From: a virus
Length of the DNA stretch: 64,000 nucleotides
IMG/VR virus record: IMGVR_UViG_3300024999_000055
Location: 32,001 to 96,000 of that record
Direction: 5' to 3' (one strand)
The position numbers and the translations under genes are program-made. Positions 35,688 to 46,731 of this stretch are shown here, piece by piece. The notes under the pieces are model-generated. The model ran no database searches, was not told where the DNA came from, and saw only the letters and a list, made by a program, of their open reading frames with translations. Numbering within the stretch: the first letter of the stretch is position 1; each line of letters starts with the position of its first letter.

Positions 35688-37502
35688 TTAAAATCTAAAT
35701 TCTTTAGCATTTTCCACATTAAAATCAATAATATTTATTTGTGGAAAATCATTATTATTCCATTTATTAATTTCAAATTCACCAATAACATCTATTTTTA
35801 CCTTGTTAGTTTTTGATTTGGATAATCCTTTATGTGATTTCATAATCATTTGATTATATGTATTTTCACCAGAAAACTTTTTAATAAATGAAATTTTATT
35901 AGTACCAATAATCTTTTCAAATTTTATTAAGTTTCTTTTTTCTCCAAGTAATTGTATATCTTCAATTTTCAATACTATATTTGTAATTGCAAAAATAGGT
36001 TTTCTCAATGTATTGCCCCAAATATCTGCCCATTGACCAACTTGAAGAATATGTTTTTCTTTTAATTTTCCTACAGGTATTTCATAATCAACTAAATATA
36101 CATCTTCAATATCTACATCTTTAAACATCTCGTTTAACTTATTTTGTGTCTCTTGAATTTTACTTTCTTTAATTTGAAATCCACCTGCATTTGGATGTCC
36201 ACCTAACATTATAAAAGTATCAATTTCTTTTAATATATCCATAAAAGATATTATGGGAAATAAATTATAACTTCTAAAACTCCCTCCAAATATTGTTTCT
36301 TGTTCTTTATTCTTTAATTCATTTTTTTTCATTTGTTTTAAGATAATAATGGGACGTTTATAAATACTTGCTAATTTATTTGCAACTAATCCAGAGAATG
36401 ATTTTTCTAATATATCTGTAGCATTTATTATAATTACTTTATTATCATTTAATTTTTGTGTTTCAATTATCTCAACCAATTCTTCCATTGATTTTTTGAC
36501 TATTTTATCTTGTCTAGCTTTGATATTGGTAGTTTCTCGAATCATACATTCTTGTAAGGTTTGTATTATAATTTCTGGTTTGGGATCTTCTTTGTGTTTC
36601 CTTCTTGGTTGATATTCTTTTGTCTCTTTTTTCCCTAGAAAAGCATTTATTAAATCCATTCTTTCTTTGGCATTCCCTATTCTTGTAGTTGCATTAATAA
36701 AAGGAGCAATCTTCCATCCAACAAATGTAAAATTAATATTTTCTTCATCTACAATTTTATTTTTTATTAAAAATTGATTTATAAATTTATTATTAATAGT
36801 TTTTAAACCTTCGATGGCTAAATACCTTGTTTCGTAATTTCTCAAATCCATAGAATCTGCTATCATACCTATTGCTACTAAATCTAGATAATTATCTGCA
36901 AAATTATATTTATATTTTTTATCATATTCTTTAATAAATTTATAAACCACTCCTGCACCAGATAATGTAGTATTGGGGTATTGTCCATCTTGGCAATTGA
37001 TAACCACAGCGTAAGGATTATCTTCTTCTATCTCATGATGATCAAGAATTAATATATCCACATCTCTAGTCTCTACTAATTCCTTGCATTGTTTTACATC
37101 TGATGTTCCAGCATCAGGAACTATTAATAAATTAAAATTATATTCTTCTAAATTTTTTACTATAATTCCATGTATTTTATTGCTATTCATTGAATGAGTA
37201 ATAATTATATTTGGATTTATATTTAATATATAATTATCAATTTCCGTAGCAGATGTTAATCCATCAACATCAACATCATCTATAATATGTATTTTACTAT
37301 TATTTTCTATATGCCAATTAAGCATATTTAAACCTCTGTCCATATTTTTAAGTAACATTCCATCATGTAAAACTGATTTATTGATATTTAACATCTCTTT
37401 TGGATTCTCAACGCCTCTATTTTTTAATAAAATATCCAATAATTCATTCTCACTAATTAATTCATAACCTTTATTTAAAACTCGATACTTTATTACAAAC
37501 AT
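35688..37502 (-). CDS. recJ: RecJ-like DHH ssDNA exonuclease
   Basis: DVDVDG, VPDAG, LDHH, LSGAGV, INA..R, GGHPNAGG. Confidence 0.92.
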   Translation of the reverse strand: MFVIKYRVLNKGYELISENELLDILLKNRGVENPKEMLNINKSVLHDGMLLKNMDRGLNMLNWHIENNSKIHIIDDVDVDGLTSATEIDNYILNINPNIIITHSMNSNKIHGIIVKNLEEYNFNLLIVPDAGTSDVKQCKELVETRDVDILILDHHEIEEDNPYAVVINCQDGQYPNTTLSGAGVVYKFIKEYDKKYKYNFADNYLDLVAIGMIADSMDLRNYETRYLAIEGLKTINNKFINQFLIKNKIVDEENINFTFVGWKIAPFINATTRIGNAKERMDLINAFLGKKETKEYQPRRKHKEDPKPEIIIQTLQECMIRETTNIKARQDKIVKKSMEELVEIIETQKLNDNKVIIINATDILEKSFSGLVANKLASIYKRPIIILKQMKKNELKNKEQETIFGGSFRSYNLFPIISFMDILKEIDTFIMLGGHPNAGGFQIKESKIQETQNKLNEMFKDVDIEDVYLVDYEIPVGKLKEKHILQVGQWADIWGNTLRKPIFAITNIVLKIEDIQLLGEKRNLIKFEKIIGTNKISFIKKFSGENTYNQMIMKSHKGLSKSKTNKVKIDVIGEFEINKWNNNDFPQINIIDFNVENAKEFRF

Positions 37503-37507
37503 CTCCT

Positions 37508-38644
37508 TTATTTTATCATCTCTTTTAATTCTTCTATATCATCTATGTAATACCGTTCTCTATATAATTCTTCAAATGTATTTTTTCCAAAATCTAGAGG
37601 CGAGTCCTTGTATCTAATGCGATTATCCCAACAAACTACTATTGATACATTACAATATGACATAAACATTTCTGAGATTTTTATTAATCTTTTTATATAA
37701 TTTTCATATTCTTTCCATGCTTTTGAATTTTTATCTATATTCTCATTGTCTATCAATTCAATTTGATATTGTTTGTCAAATGCAATTGCAATCTCTTCTA
37801 TTCCTAAAGACAATAATAAATCTCTTTGATAAAGACTTAAACTCATCCCACATAGTGCAACAGTAATGTTATTTTTTTGACCATAATAACTTCCATATAA
37901 CATTACTGCCTTTTCTGATTCAACGATAATTACTTTTTTAAATTGCTTTATGTTATTTTGATTTTGAAATATTCCATAAAGATTAAAGGACATTGGATAT
38001 TTATAAGTTAATCTTTGAATAGTAATTGGCATATATTTCTTACCACTTTCAGTTTCATGTTTAAAAAATGCTCTTCCTCTTATACCTACTAGATTGCCAT
38101 TAATATCATAATGAGGAATTATTGTTTTGTTTTGGCTTATATAAAATTTAATTTGAAAGAATGAGGCAATTTCATCATTTATACCTTCTGTATACCAAGA
38201 TAAAGGAATATAATCATCAAACATATTTAATATATATTTATCATAGGTAGGAAGTTGTATTATCCTATTTTCTTTTTTATAAAGATGAAATTTCAAAAAA
38301 TCTAAATCCTTATTTTGTATCTCTCGTTTCTGTAATCCTATTTTTAATTTTTTAAATCTTGAAATCCCTTTAAAATTACAAATGTAGTTATAAGATTCAA
38401 TGAAATCAATTCCTTTAGCAGACATAACAACATCAAACAAACTTAATGATCCACAACAAGTAAAACATTGAAAAAATTTAGTATCTGAAAAATAATATAA
38501 TTTATTACTATCTCCATTATGACAAACTGTATTAAAATATATATTCCCTTTATCATCTAATTTATAATTATTTGAACCTAAATCTTTTAATATTTCAATA
38601 ATGTCTTCAGTAGTAATTAAATTAATTAATTCATCTCTGTCCAT
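37508..38644 (-). CDS. DNA primase
   Basis: CH...CFTCC Zn finger, IIPH..GIRGR, ESEK and AFD TOPRIM motifs. Confidence 0.88.
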   Translation of the reverse strand: MDRDELINLITTEDIIEILKDLGSNNYKLDDKGNIYFNTVCHNGDSNKLYYFSDTKFFQCFTCCGSLSLFDVVMSAKGIDFIESYNYICNFKGISRFKKLKIGLQKREIQNKDLDFLKFHLYKKENRIIQLPTYDKYILNMFDDYIPLSWYTEGINDEIASFFQIKFYISQNKTIIPHYDINGNLVGIRGRAFFKHETESGKKYMPITIQRLTYKYPMSFNLYGIFQNQNNIKQFKKVIIVESEKAVMLYGSYYGQKNNITVALCGMSLSLYQRDLLLSLGIEEIAIAFDKQYQIELIDNENIDKNSKAWKEYENYIKRLIKISEMFMSYCNVSIVVCWDNRIRYKDSPLDFGKNTFEELYRERYYIDDIEELKEMIK

Positions 38645-38645
38645 A

Positions 38646-40232
38646 TTAAATCACTCTTTCGGTGATCTTATCTTCTAACTCTATAATCGTTTTATCTATA
38701 GATATTGGTTCATATTCTCTATTTGTACAAAACATATCTATCGTTCTCATATTTCCTAAGTTTTGATGACACCATATTTTAACTTCTTCTGTAATTTCAC
38801 CGAATCTATTTTTATATATTGAATAACACATATTAGGTAATAATGTTTTATTTAATCCTTTCGCCTTTTGAATTAATGGTTGTATATAATCAAGTTCTTT
38901 TTTTGTAGGAGCAAAAACAACAATTCCTACATCAGCTTTATTTGGTAATGATCTAGCTCCTTTTACTGCTCTTTGATCTCTAACACTGTCTCTACGTGCT
39001 TCATCTGTTGTTTGTGTGAAACCGAAAATTACAATATCATAATCTGTAGCTAATTTTTTAGTATTAGCAGAAAGATTTAACAATACTTGATCTTCTCTTG
39101 CTGACATTCCTTTAGTTAATTGAACATATTCTGCAATCAATGCTTGTGTTAATTCAAGGTAATCAATTGCAAGAACATCTAATCCTTCTTTAAATTTATA
39201 TCTATCTACAGTATTTCTTAGATATGCTAAGTCATAATTAGATTCGTCTTCTAAAAAGATTTTTGCTTGTTTTACATATTCTATTGCTTTATCAATTCTT
39301 TTTTCTTCTTCTTCAGTTAAAGTATTTTTTTTGATTTTATATTCTTCCACTCCACTAACAAATGCCCACATCATAGGTTCTAACTCTTCATATATTTTCA
39401 TTTCTGTTCCTATATATAATCCTACATTATTTTGACCATTAGGATTAGGTAAAAAATTTTCCTTGTCATGATCCCATAAATAGGGACTACAAACTAATAA
39501 TAATCTTTCAATTGCAATTCTTGTTTTGCCTTTCCCACTATCCCTTGTTTCAAGAAAAAATCCTCCTTTTAATGCACCTCTTGTAAGAGTATTTAAATAC
39601 TTACTTTCAATTCCATATCCATAGCATGGAGATTCCTTCATTTTAATTCTTAATTCTTCTGCATTATCTCCAGATTTTCTTCTTTTAGATGAATCTTTTA
39701 TAAAGAATTTCTCTTTAACATTGAAATTTTTTCTATCGAAATGTTGTTGTATTTCATTTAATGTCATAGATTCAAATTTTTCTTGTTGTTGCTTAATGAT
39801 TATATGATCTATTTCTTCCATGTCTAAAATTTCAGATACATTTATACCTTCACTTATGTAACTTCTTAATAAAGATAATTTTCTAATTTTATTATAGTAA
39901 TATTCATAGTTAAGAATATTAGCATCTTCATATACTTGAGATAACCATTCAAGATTCTTTTCATTTTCAAATAACAAGATATATCCTTTTGGATCATTTG
40001 TATTTAAATATGTTTCAATATCTGAGATTCTAATTTCTTTTAATTCCTGAAGATATAGATTATAAATACAAGTGAAAGTTAACTTATGTATGCCATTTGG
40101 AAAATCTTCATCTACATTCAGTATAAATTTTTTATCTTTTAATAAATAAGGATCTTTCATTAAACATCCTAATACTTGACAAGATGCTCGTTTATCAAAA
40201 TATTTCTCTATTTGTTTTTTAGTTATTCTCAT
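38646..40232 (-). CDS. DnaB-like replicative helicase
   Basis: SGKGKTR, GTEM, AIDYL, KAD, KNRFG. Confidence 0.9.
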   Translation of the reverse strand: MRITKKQIEKYFDKRASCQVLGCLMKDPYLLKDKKFILNVDEDFPNGIHKLTFTCIYNLYLQELKEIRISDIETYLNTNDPKGYILLFENEKNLEWLSQVYEDANILNYEYYYNKIRKLSLLRSYISEGINVSEILDMEEIDHIIIKQQQEKFESMTLNEIQQHFDRKNFNVKEKFFIKDSSKRRKSGDNAEELRIKMKESPCYGYGIESKYLNTLTRGALKGGFFLETRDSGKGKTRIAIERLLLVCSPYLWDHDKENFLPNPNGQNNVGLYIGTEMKIYEELEPMMWAFVSGVEEYKIKKNTLTEEEEKRIDKAIEYVKQAKIFLEDESNYDLAYLRNTVDRYKFKEGLDVLAIDYLELTQALIAEYVQLTKGMSAREDQVLLNLSANTKKLATDYDIVIFGFTQTTDEARRDSVRDQRAVKGARSLPNKADVGIVVFAPTKKELDYIQPLIQKAKGLNKTLLPNMCYSIYKNRFGEITEEVKIWCHQNLGNMRTIDMFCTNREYEPISIDKTIIELEDKITERVI

Positions 40233-40737
40233 TACCTACCTCCCAATTTTTTTGCAATGGTAAAGGTTTTTTGATATTAATTTGTTTACTTGATATTTGT
40301 GTTTTTATATTTATAATTTGTTCATTATTAATAAATTCTTCAGATTTATCTTCTAAATTAAATACCTTATTATAATGATTTTTTGCTTTCTCATAATAAT
40401 AAGGTATAATACCTAATCCAGTTTCATCTAAAACTTTATTTTCTAATACATCATAGTAATATAATAATGTATAATACATCCCTATATTAGTATAATTATA
40501 ATTATCTCTATAGGTTTTTAATTGTTGAAACATCATACCCGTTGGAACTTTTATATTGTATATCTTACATATGTATTGAAATAATAAATCCCAGTCATTT
40601 TTATATTTATCAGATTCTATTTCTTTTGTTTCTAAGCATTTACTACAGTATTTTTTATTACTTTTAACAGTTAAATCTTCTTTATTGAAAGATTCTTTGC
40701 ATATATAACATTTTAATTGTCTTTGTTTTTTTTCCAT
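40219..40737 (-). CDS. Replication-associated Zn-finger protein (SPbeta YorH-like position)
   Basis: CxxC..CxxC, GIIPYYY motif, synteny. Confidence 0.55.
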   Translation of the reverse strand: MEKKQRQLKCYICKESFNKEDLTVKSNKKYCSKCLETKEIESDKYKNDWDLLFQYICKIYNIKVPTGMMFQQLKTYRDNYNYTNIGMYYTLLYYYDVLENKVLDETGLGIIPYYYEKAKNHYNKVFNLEDKSEEFINNEQIINIKTQISSKQINIKKPLPLQKNWEVGNENN

Positions 40738-40760
40738 AAATCAACCTACCTTTTAATAAA

Positions 40761-40786
40761 TAAAGAGGTAGTTTCCTACCCCTTTA
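40761..40786 (-). terminator. GAAA-tetraloop hairpin
   Basis: TAAAGGGGTAG-GAAA-CTACCTCTTTA on the transcript strand. Confidence 0.6.
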
Positions 40787-40803
40787 TTCTTTTTATAATA
40801 TTA

Positions 40804-41829
40804 TTAATCTTCCATTTCTTCTAATAATTCTTCTAAATCTTGTTTAATCCGCATTAAAGGTTGAATTTGTTTTTTAGTAGATTCACTAACAGTAACATCT
40901 TCCCCAAGATGTTCAGCAACAATATCTGCATATTCTTCAAGTTTATCAATTTCTTCAAATCGTGTAAATAATTCTCCGATGGATTCTTTTAATTCTTCAT
41001 GTGTAGGTTCTTCACCTTCATAAATTTCTCTTTGTGCTTTATAATCAATATCATCTTTTTGACCAGACATTTCCTTTTCTTTAATTAAACCTGCAATAAT
41101 AACTTTTTCTAAATTTTCTGCTGTAAAATCTTCAATATAACGCTCAGTATAAATATTTCTGCATCGAGCAAAAAACTCATCTGTTTCTGCTAAATAACCA
41201 CTAGAATGAATAGGATTCCCTTCTTCATCTACACCATTTGATTTTAGATATACAATATAATCAGAATTATTTCGGATAGGTGCAATGTTTCTTTCGTCAC
41301 CTTCAATAACAAATTTTTCTTTATCTTTATCAAATTTTTCATGACCAAGAAAGACTACTGTAAACCCAAGTTTTAATAATTTATTAACTTGATTAAACAT
41401 TTCATCTTGATATTCTTGCCACAGACCATAACCTTTATTTCCTGTTTTGATACTTGTTGAGCCAAATTTCTCAATTATATAATCTCTACACCATCTACCC
41501 ATAGTTTCCATACCATCACATATAATAGTAACTTGTTCTTGTTCAAGAATTTTACACCATTTCTTACCACCTAAAGTTCTTAAATGTCCTGTAAAATCAC
41601 TCCATTTATTTGCTTTTAAAACAATAGCACCACTAATACCATTTAAACCTTCTTCAAAAGGAATAAAAACTGGATTTTTAAATTTAGATGCTTGATAGGT
41701 TTTCCCCAAATCATTATATCCATATATTGTAATAATTTTTCCTCTTAAATCAGTAGTAATTTTACTTACTTTAGCTTTGTCTCTAAAAGTTGTTTCAACC
41801 AAACTTAATAAATCACTTGAAATTGCCAT
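40804..41829 (-). CDS. Sak4-like AAA ssDNA-annealing ATPase
   Basis: IYG...LGKT, FEEG, GYGLW, FLGH. Confidence 0.8.
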   Translation of the reverse strand: MAISSDLLSLVETTFRDKAKVSKITTDLRGKIITIYGYNDLGKTYQASKFKNPVFIPFEEGLNGISGAIVLKANKWSDFTGHLRTLGGKKWCKILEQEQVTIICDGMETMGRWCRDYIIEKFGSTSIKTGNKGYGLWQEYQDEMFNQVNKLLKLGFTVVFLGHEKFDKDKEKFVIEGDERNIAPIRNNSDYIVYLKSNGVDEEGNPIHSSGYLAETDEFFARCRNIYTERYIEDFTAENLEKVIIAGLIKEKEMSGQKDDIDYKAQREIYEGEEPTHEELKESIGELFTRFEEIDKLEEYADIVAEHLGEDVTVSESTKKQIQPLMRIKQDLEELLEEMED

Positions 41830-41880
41830 AAAATATATTCCTCCAATTTATATTTATTTTATATTTATGTAATAAGCAAA

Positions 41881-41910
41881 TGAGGAAGGGGATTTCTCCC
41901 CTATCACTCA
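41881..41910 (-). terminator. GAAA-tetraloop hairpin
   Basis: TGAG..AGGGGA-GAAA-TCCCCT..CTCA on the transcript strand. Confidence 0.55.
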
Positions 41911-41923
41911 ATTAAATATCAGA

Positions 41924-42877
41924 TTAGAATTTAGGGCGTTCCCTCTTAGTTGTATTTGCTCCTGTCCCTTTTAATCCTTTTCCTTTTTTATCAGTATATT
42001 CTTCATTCTTTTTATTTTCAATTTCATTGTCTCTTTCGATCTTAGCCTTTTTTACAAGTTCTGGATCGAATTCTTTTTCTTCATCTTCTTGAATATCTGC
42101 ACCAAGAACAATTAACTCATTAACATACTCTCTATGTTCTTCAATTTTTGCTTTACCTAAAGTTCCACCTTTTTTAGTTTTAACAATTTTACTTTGGTAA
42201 TTGATGTTGCCCCATAAATTTAATGTCATACCTTCTTCAACAGAATTCAAAACATCTGCACCAAAGTCATATTCTTCACCTTCATCATCAATAATTGTCC
42301 CTGCAACAAATTCCATAGGAATAACTTTCCCACCATACACAGGAATCCATCCTGAAATTATTGTCCTACCAGTTTCTTCATCATTTTTTATTTCCTCTTT
42401 AATTGACGTAACATACATTTCTACATCAAAATCAGCTTTATAATCTTCAGGTTTAATACTATTATCAATTGAAATCGTACCAAAACCTAATTCAATAGTA
42501 ATTTTAGTTTTTACTTCCTCAGATTCTTTAATTTTAAATATTTCTTCTTTGAAATGTGGTACAAAATCTTTATTGCCAAAAACTCTTACCTTAGTTACAT
42601 TTTCTCGATCTTCATCATTTTTACAATCTGCAAGTGTTAACTGTTCTTTTTCAATGAATTTATTTAAAGTTTCAAAAACTTTTTTAGCTTTACCATCTTT
42701 ATTTTTTTCTTTTACAAAAACCTTTACTTCTAATTCTGAAAACTCACCAGTTTTAACTATCAATGAACCATTTATGTAGTTACCCTCTTTATCTTTGTTA
42801 AATTTTAATTTGTGTTCTTTAACTTCACCTGTTAATGTAACATTGTTAACCGCTTGTCTCAATTCATTATTTGCCAT
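41924..42877 (-). CDS. Putative single-stranded DNA-binding protein
   Basis: NNVTLTG OB-fold-like start, C-terminal aromatic tail, position beside Sak4. Confidence 0.6.
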   Translation of the reverse strand: MANNELRQAVNNVTLTGEVKEHKLKFNKDKEGNYINGSLIVKTGEFSELEVKVFVKEKNKDGKAKKVFETLNKFIEKEQLTLADCKNDEDRENVTKVRVFGNKDFVPHFKEEIFKIKESEEVKTKITIELGFGTISIDNSIKPEDYKADFDVEMYVTSIKEEIKNDEETGRTIISGWIPVYGGKVIPMEFVAGTIIDDEGEEYDFGADVLNSVEEGMTLNLWGNINYQSKIVKTKKGGTLGKAKIEEHREYVNELIVLGADIQEDEEKEFDPELVKKAKIERDNEIENKKNEEYTDKKGKGLKGTGANTTKRERPKF

Positions 42878-43332
42878 ATGTAATATTAGTCTCCTTTAAA
42901 TTTTAATTTTTATTTTTACAATCTATATACTTATTTAATAACTAAACTATCAATCGACTAATTAAATCCTACTCTTCATCCTCTTTCTCATCATCTTCAA
43001 CATATAATCTCAGACTTCCTTCTTGCATTTCAACTACATTCCATCTTTCATTATGTTTTCCACCATCAGGAATAAATTCAATTTCAACTTTCTCTGGTTT
43101 TGTACCTTTGAATCCAGTTACATTTCCTACTTTTAATTCTCCGTTGTCTTCTGAAATAAATCTAATTTTGTTTCCTGTAGAAATGGTTTGCAATTCTCCT
43201 GTATTAATTTCTACTTCAATTGATTTGTACGGAACTTTTTCAACATTGACCATAAATAAATCATTTCTCCTTTTCATTATAGATTTTATCTTATTTTACA
43301 CTTTAAAATCTTAGAAGCCTAACTTTTTACAA

Positions 43333-43411
43333 ATCATGACCAAATATTCCTTTTATCATGATTTTCTGAAAATTGACATGCTCTAAACCATTATTTTATA
43401 GGGGTTTGTGA
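43333..43411. repeat. Best dyad site A (12-6-12) plus motif B
   Basis: ATCATGACCAAA-tattcc-TTTTATCATGAT; AAACCATTATTTTATAGGGGTTT at 43385. Confidence 0.8.
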
Positions 43412-43523
43412 TTTGGTATATTTTGTAAATCACCCTTTCTTTGAAATATTTTCTTACCTTTTCGATTTTTTGATGAAATTTGAATCATTTTTGATATTTT
43501 TCTTAATTCCTTCCTACATCACT

Positions 43524-43552
43524 ATTATATTCCCATTCTGTATAATTGTCAA
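43524..43552 (-). promoter_or_regulatory. SigA-type promoter for the replication operon
   Basis: TTGACA-17 bp-TATAAT. Confidence 0.8.
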
Positions 43553-43605
43553 GAGAGAATTTAATTTATTTTTTGTTTTAGTTAAATTCTCTCTTGAATA
43601 GGAAA

Positions 43606-45570
43606 CTAAATCATCTTAATAAATTCATCTTCGGAAAGCACATAAATACCATCTTTAATTGCTTTATCTACTTTACTACTACCTTTTACACTTCCAACTA
43701 CAAGATAATCTAAACTCTTAGCATATCCTGAAGTAAATTCAGCACCCAAACCTTCAAGTAATGATTTTAATTCTTCTTTCTTGTAATTTGCAAACGTCCC
43801 AGTACAGTAAATCTTCTTAGAATGAAAAAATCCATCTTTATTTGTTGTATTTTCCAACTTAATTTCCTCCTTCTTAACACTCACAACATCTAATAATTCC
43901 TTAATTTGTTTCATATTATCTTCATCTTGAAAATATGAATAAATACTCATTGCAGTAGTTTCGCCAAAATCTTTAATAGTCATAAATTTATAACCTGAAT
44001 AAGATTCTGTTGCATCTAAAAAAGCATTAATATCACTATTAAAATGTTTCTCTAATCTCTTAGAACTACCAAATCCAACATTTTTAATCCCTAAAGATGC
44101 AATTAGTGAACACATTTTAATACTCTTAGAATTTTCAATCGCTTTAATCATCTTATTATAAGATTTCAAAGCAAAACCAGGAAGTGATATAATATCTTTT
44201 TTATATCTTTCTAGTTTAAAAATATCCATATAACAATTAATAAAACCTTTGTCAATAAATACTTCTAATGATGCTTCACCAATATCACTAATATTAAAGC
44301 ATTGTTTACTAACAAAGTGTTTTAATTTCTTAAGTAACTTTGCATCACAATCAGGATTAAGACAGAATAAATCATGAGTATTTACAACTTTTCTAACTTC
44401 TACTTTACCTTTACAAGTAGGACATTCTTTAGGAATTTCTTCAGTTCCACTTCTTGTAATATTATTTTCAATTGCAGGAATAATTTTGTTCCTCTTCGAT
44501 ATCTCAATCACATCATCTTTACCAAGTTTTAATTGCCAAAATCTATCTAAATTATGTGTTGTTGCTCTGGTTACTTCTGTACCTTCAATTTGAACTGGTT
44601 GGAAGATACCTGTACCTACAATTTTCCCAAATCTACTTGTATTCCATTCAGTATATAGATATTTTGATTTATGCCAACTATCCTCGAATTTGAAAGAAAT
44701 TGATCCATTATAATGATGATTGGTTTTGCCTAATGATTCTGCATATTTAATATCATTGAATGTTAGCACTAGGCCATCAATTGGATAATCAAAAGTAGGA
44801 ATATCTTCTATAATTTGATTAATTGTTTCTTCAAGATTATTTTTATCAACAATCCAATATTGAACAGTATCAAATCCTTGTGATTTTAACCATTCTAATT
44901 GTTCAATTTTTGTATTAAATTTATTTCCTTTAAGAATATTAAAAGCACAAAATTCAATATTCCTATCTTTGCATACTTTAGAATCAAGCAAACCAACTGA
45001 ACCATTCGCTAAATTCCTTGGATTTGCATATCTATCATCTGGATTTTTAATTTTAGAGTTTAATTCATTGAATGAAGAATATTTCATATAATTCTCACCA
45101 ATAATTTGAATCTCTTGTTCATCATCAATTGTTAATGGAATATTTTTAATACTATTACCATTATGAGAAATATCTTCTCCAATATTTGTTTCTGAATCTC
45201 CTCTAGTTACCAATTGTTTAAATTCTTTTTGATAAGTTATTTTACCTGTCCCACCATCAATTTTTAACATTAACACACCTTGTTTATCACCTAACCATTT
45301 TACCAATTTAGGAATTTCTTTGATCTTGTTAAGTGACAATAGAGGAATATCATGGTGTACTTTTGGTAGATTAGATACTACTTTATAACCTGCTCTTTGT
45401 GTAGGTGAATTAGATAATATGATATTAGTAGATTCTTCTAATGATTTAAGTTCGTCAAATAGAATGTTGTATTCACGATTCTCCATTATAGGAGTATTTA
45501 GATTGTAGTATGCATCACATGCTTTGTTTAATTCTTTCACCAAATCTTGAATTCTCTTAATCTTATCCAT
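43606..45570 (-). CDS. ligA: NAD-dependent DNA ligase
   Basis: KIDG, TRGD, NPRNLANG, IDGLV, Zn finger, HhH, BRCT. Confidence 0.96.
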   Translation of the reverse strand: MDKIKRIQDLVKELNKACDAYYNLNTPIMENREYNILFDELKSLEESTNIILSNSPTQRAGYKVVSNLPKVHHDIPLLSLNKIKEIPKLVKWLGDKQGVLMLKIDGGTGKITYQKEFKQLVTRGDSETNIGEDISHNGNSIKNIPLTIDDEQEIQIIGENYMKYSSFNELNSKIKNPDDRYANPRNLANGSVGLLDSKVCKDRNIEFCAFNILKGNKFNTKIEQLEWLKSQGFDTVQYWIVDKNNLEETINQIIEDIPTFDYPIDGLVLTFNDIKYAESLGKTNHHYNGSISFKFEDSWHKSKYLYTEWNTSRFGKIVGTGIFQPVQIEGTEVTRATTHNLDRFWQLKLGKDDVIEISKRNKIIPAIENNITRSGTEEIPKECPTCKGKVEVRKVVNTHDLFCLNPDCDAKLLKKLKHFVSKQCFNISDIGEASLEVFIDKGFINCYMDIFKLERYKKDIISLPGFALKSYNKMIKAIENSKSIKMCSLIASLGIKNVGFGSSKRLEKHFNSDINAFLDATESYSGYKFMTIKDFGETTAMSIYSYFQDEDNMKQIKELLDVVSVKKEEIKLENTTNKDGFFHSKKIYCTGTFANYKKEELKSLLEGLGAEFTSGYAKSLDYLVVGSVKGSSKVDKAIKDGIYVLSEDEFIKMI

Positions 45571-46222
45571 ATGTAGCCTCCTTTAAATTTCTATTCCCAT
45601 TATATTATCATTCTGTCAAGATTTTTTTTCATTTTATAACATTCTGGATTATCTTCTGTAACATAAATACATCTAGGAAACTTAAAATATTTACATCCTT
45701 TTAGACTTGTATCACATTCCATATATAATCTTTCTCCACATCTTGTACAACGATAATGTTTTTCTAATTCGGAACCACAACTACGAATTGCTGTTGCTTC
45801 ATATTTCCAATCATGAATACCAAGTAAACAACGTATATTCATTTTATAATTTTTTCTCCTTTCAACACAAAAGAGGAATATCAAAGCAATATTTTACTCC
45901 CTATTCTCTAACATCCATTCTAAACAATATTCTTCAGAAATCAAAGTTAAATCATCCAACACATCTGGTAAAAACGGCCCAGTTTGTGGATTATAAATTT
46001 CATATACCTTTCCATCTTTAATAATATATCCTTGTTCTTTAAGATATTTTAAATCCTTTTTATTATTTAAAATAAATTCCCTTAATTCACAAGGATATTC
46101 TAAATACCAATTATCACCTTTAATATTTGACTTTCCTAAATTAGCTAAATAAATAGCTTTAGTATAATTATTATAAGTTACAAGTGCATAACAACCAATA
46201 TCTTTTTCTTTGATATGATAAT

Positions 46223-46543
46223 CTAAATATTTTTGTTTTTCTTGTTTGTTTTTGATTTCCATAAGTTATCTCCTTTACTTATTTTATCAATTAAAACACT
46301 TAAATAATTTGCATCTTTTATTCCTGCTATACTCATACAAATCCATTTATTAATAAATTTATTTTCTTCCGTAGATAATTCATCCCATTTATCAGATATT
46401 TTTTTAAGTATTTCTGATAATGATTTCAATTCATATTTATCTTTTCTTATATTAATTCCAACATTTAATAATACTTTTTCAATATGTTCTAAATTATTTT
46501 GATATGTATTATCTATTCTTTCTAATGTTTTATCATTTTCCAT
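46223..46543 (-). CDS. Small protein resembling a tape measure protein segment
   Basis: EKVL..VGINIR......SLSEIL..IS.KW..LS...IAG....N.L..L pattern; own GGAGG RBS. Confidence 0.55.
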   Translation of the reverse strand: MENDKTLERIDNTYQNNLEHIEKVLLNVGINIRKDKYELKSLSEILKKISDKWDELSTEENKFINKWICMSIAGIKDANYLSVLIDKISKGDNLWKSKTNKKNKNI

Positions 46544-46564
46544 ATTAATTCCTCCTATTTCATT

Positions 46565-46731
46565 ACAAAATCTTTCTTTGGTGTTAATATTATTTTACTT
46601 TATTTATTTTATGTAAATAATCACTCATAAATGCTTATATATCAAGGGTTTGCAGGTATTGATATGAGTAAAATCATAAATATACCTATTTTACGTATTT
46701 TACCCATATCATGATAAAACAGAATTTTTAT
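46565..46731. repeat. Gene-less unit: site A - motif B - site A
   Basis: ACAAAA-tctttc-TTTGGT; AAATGCTTATATATCAAGGGTTT at 46629; ATCATGATAAAA-cagaat-TTTTAT. Confidence 0.7.
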
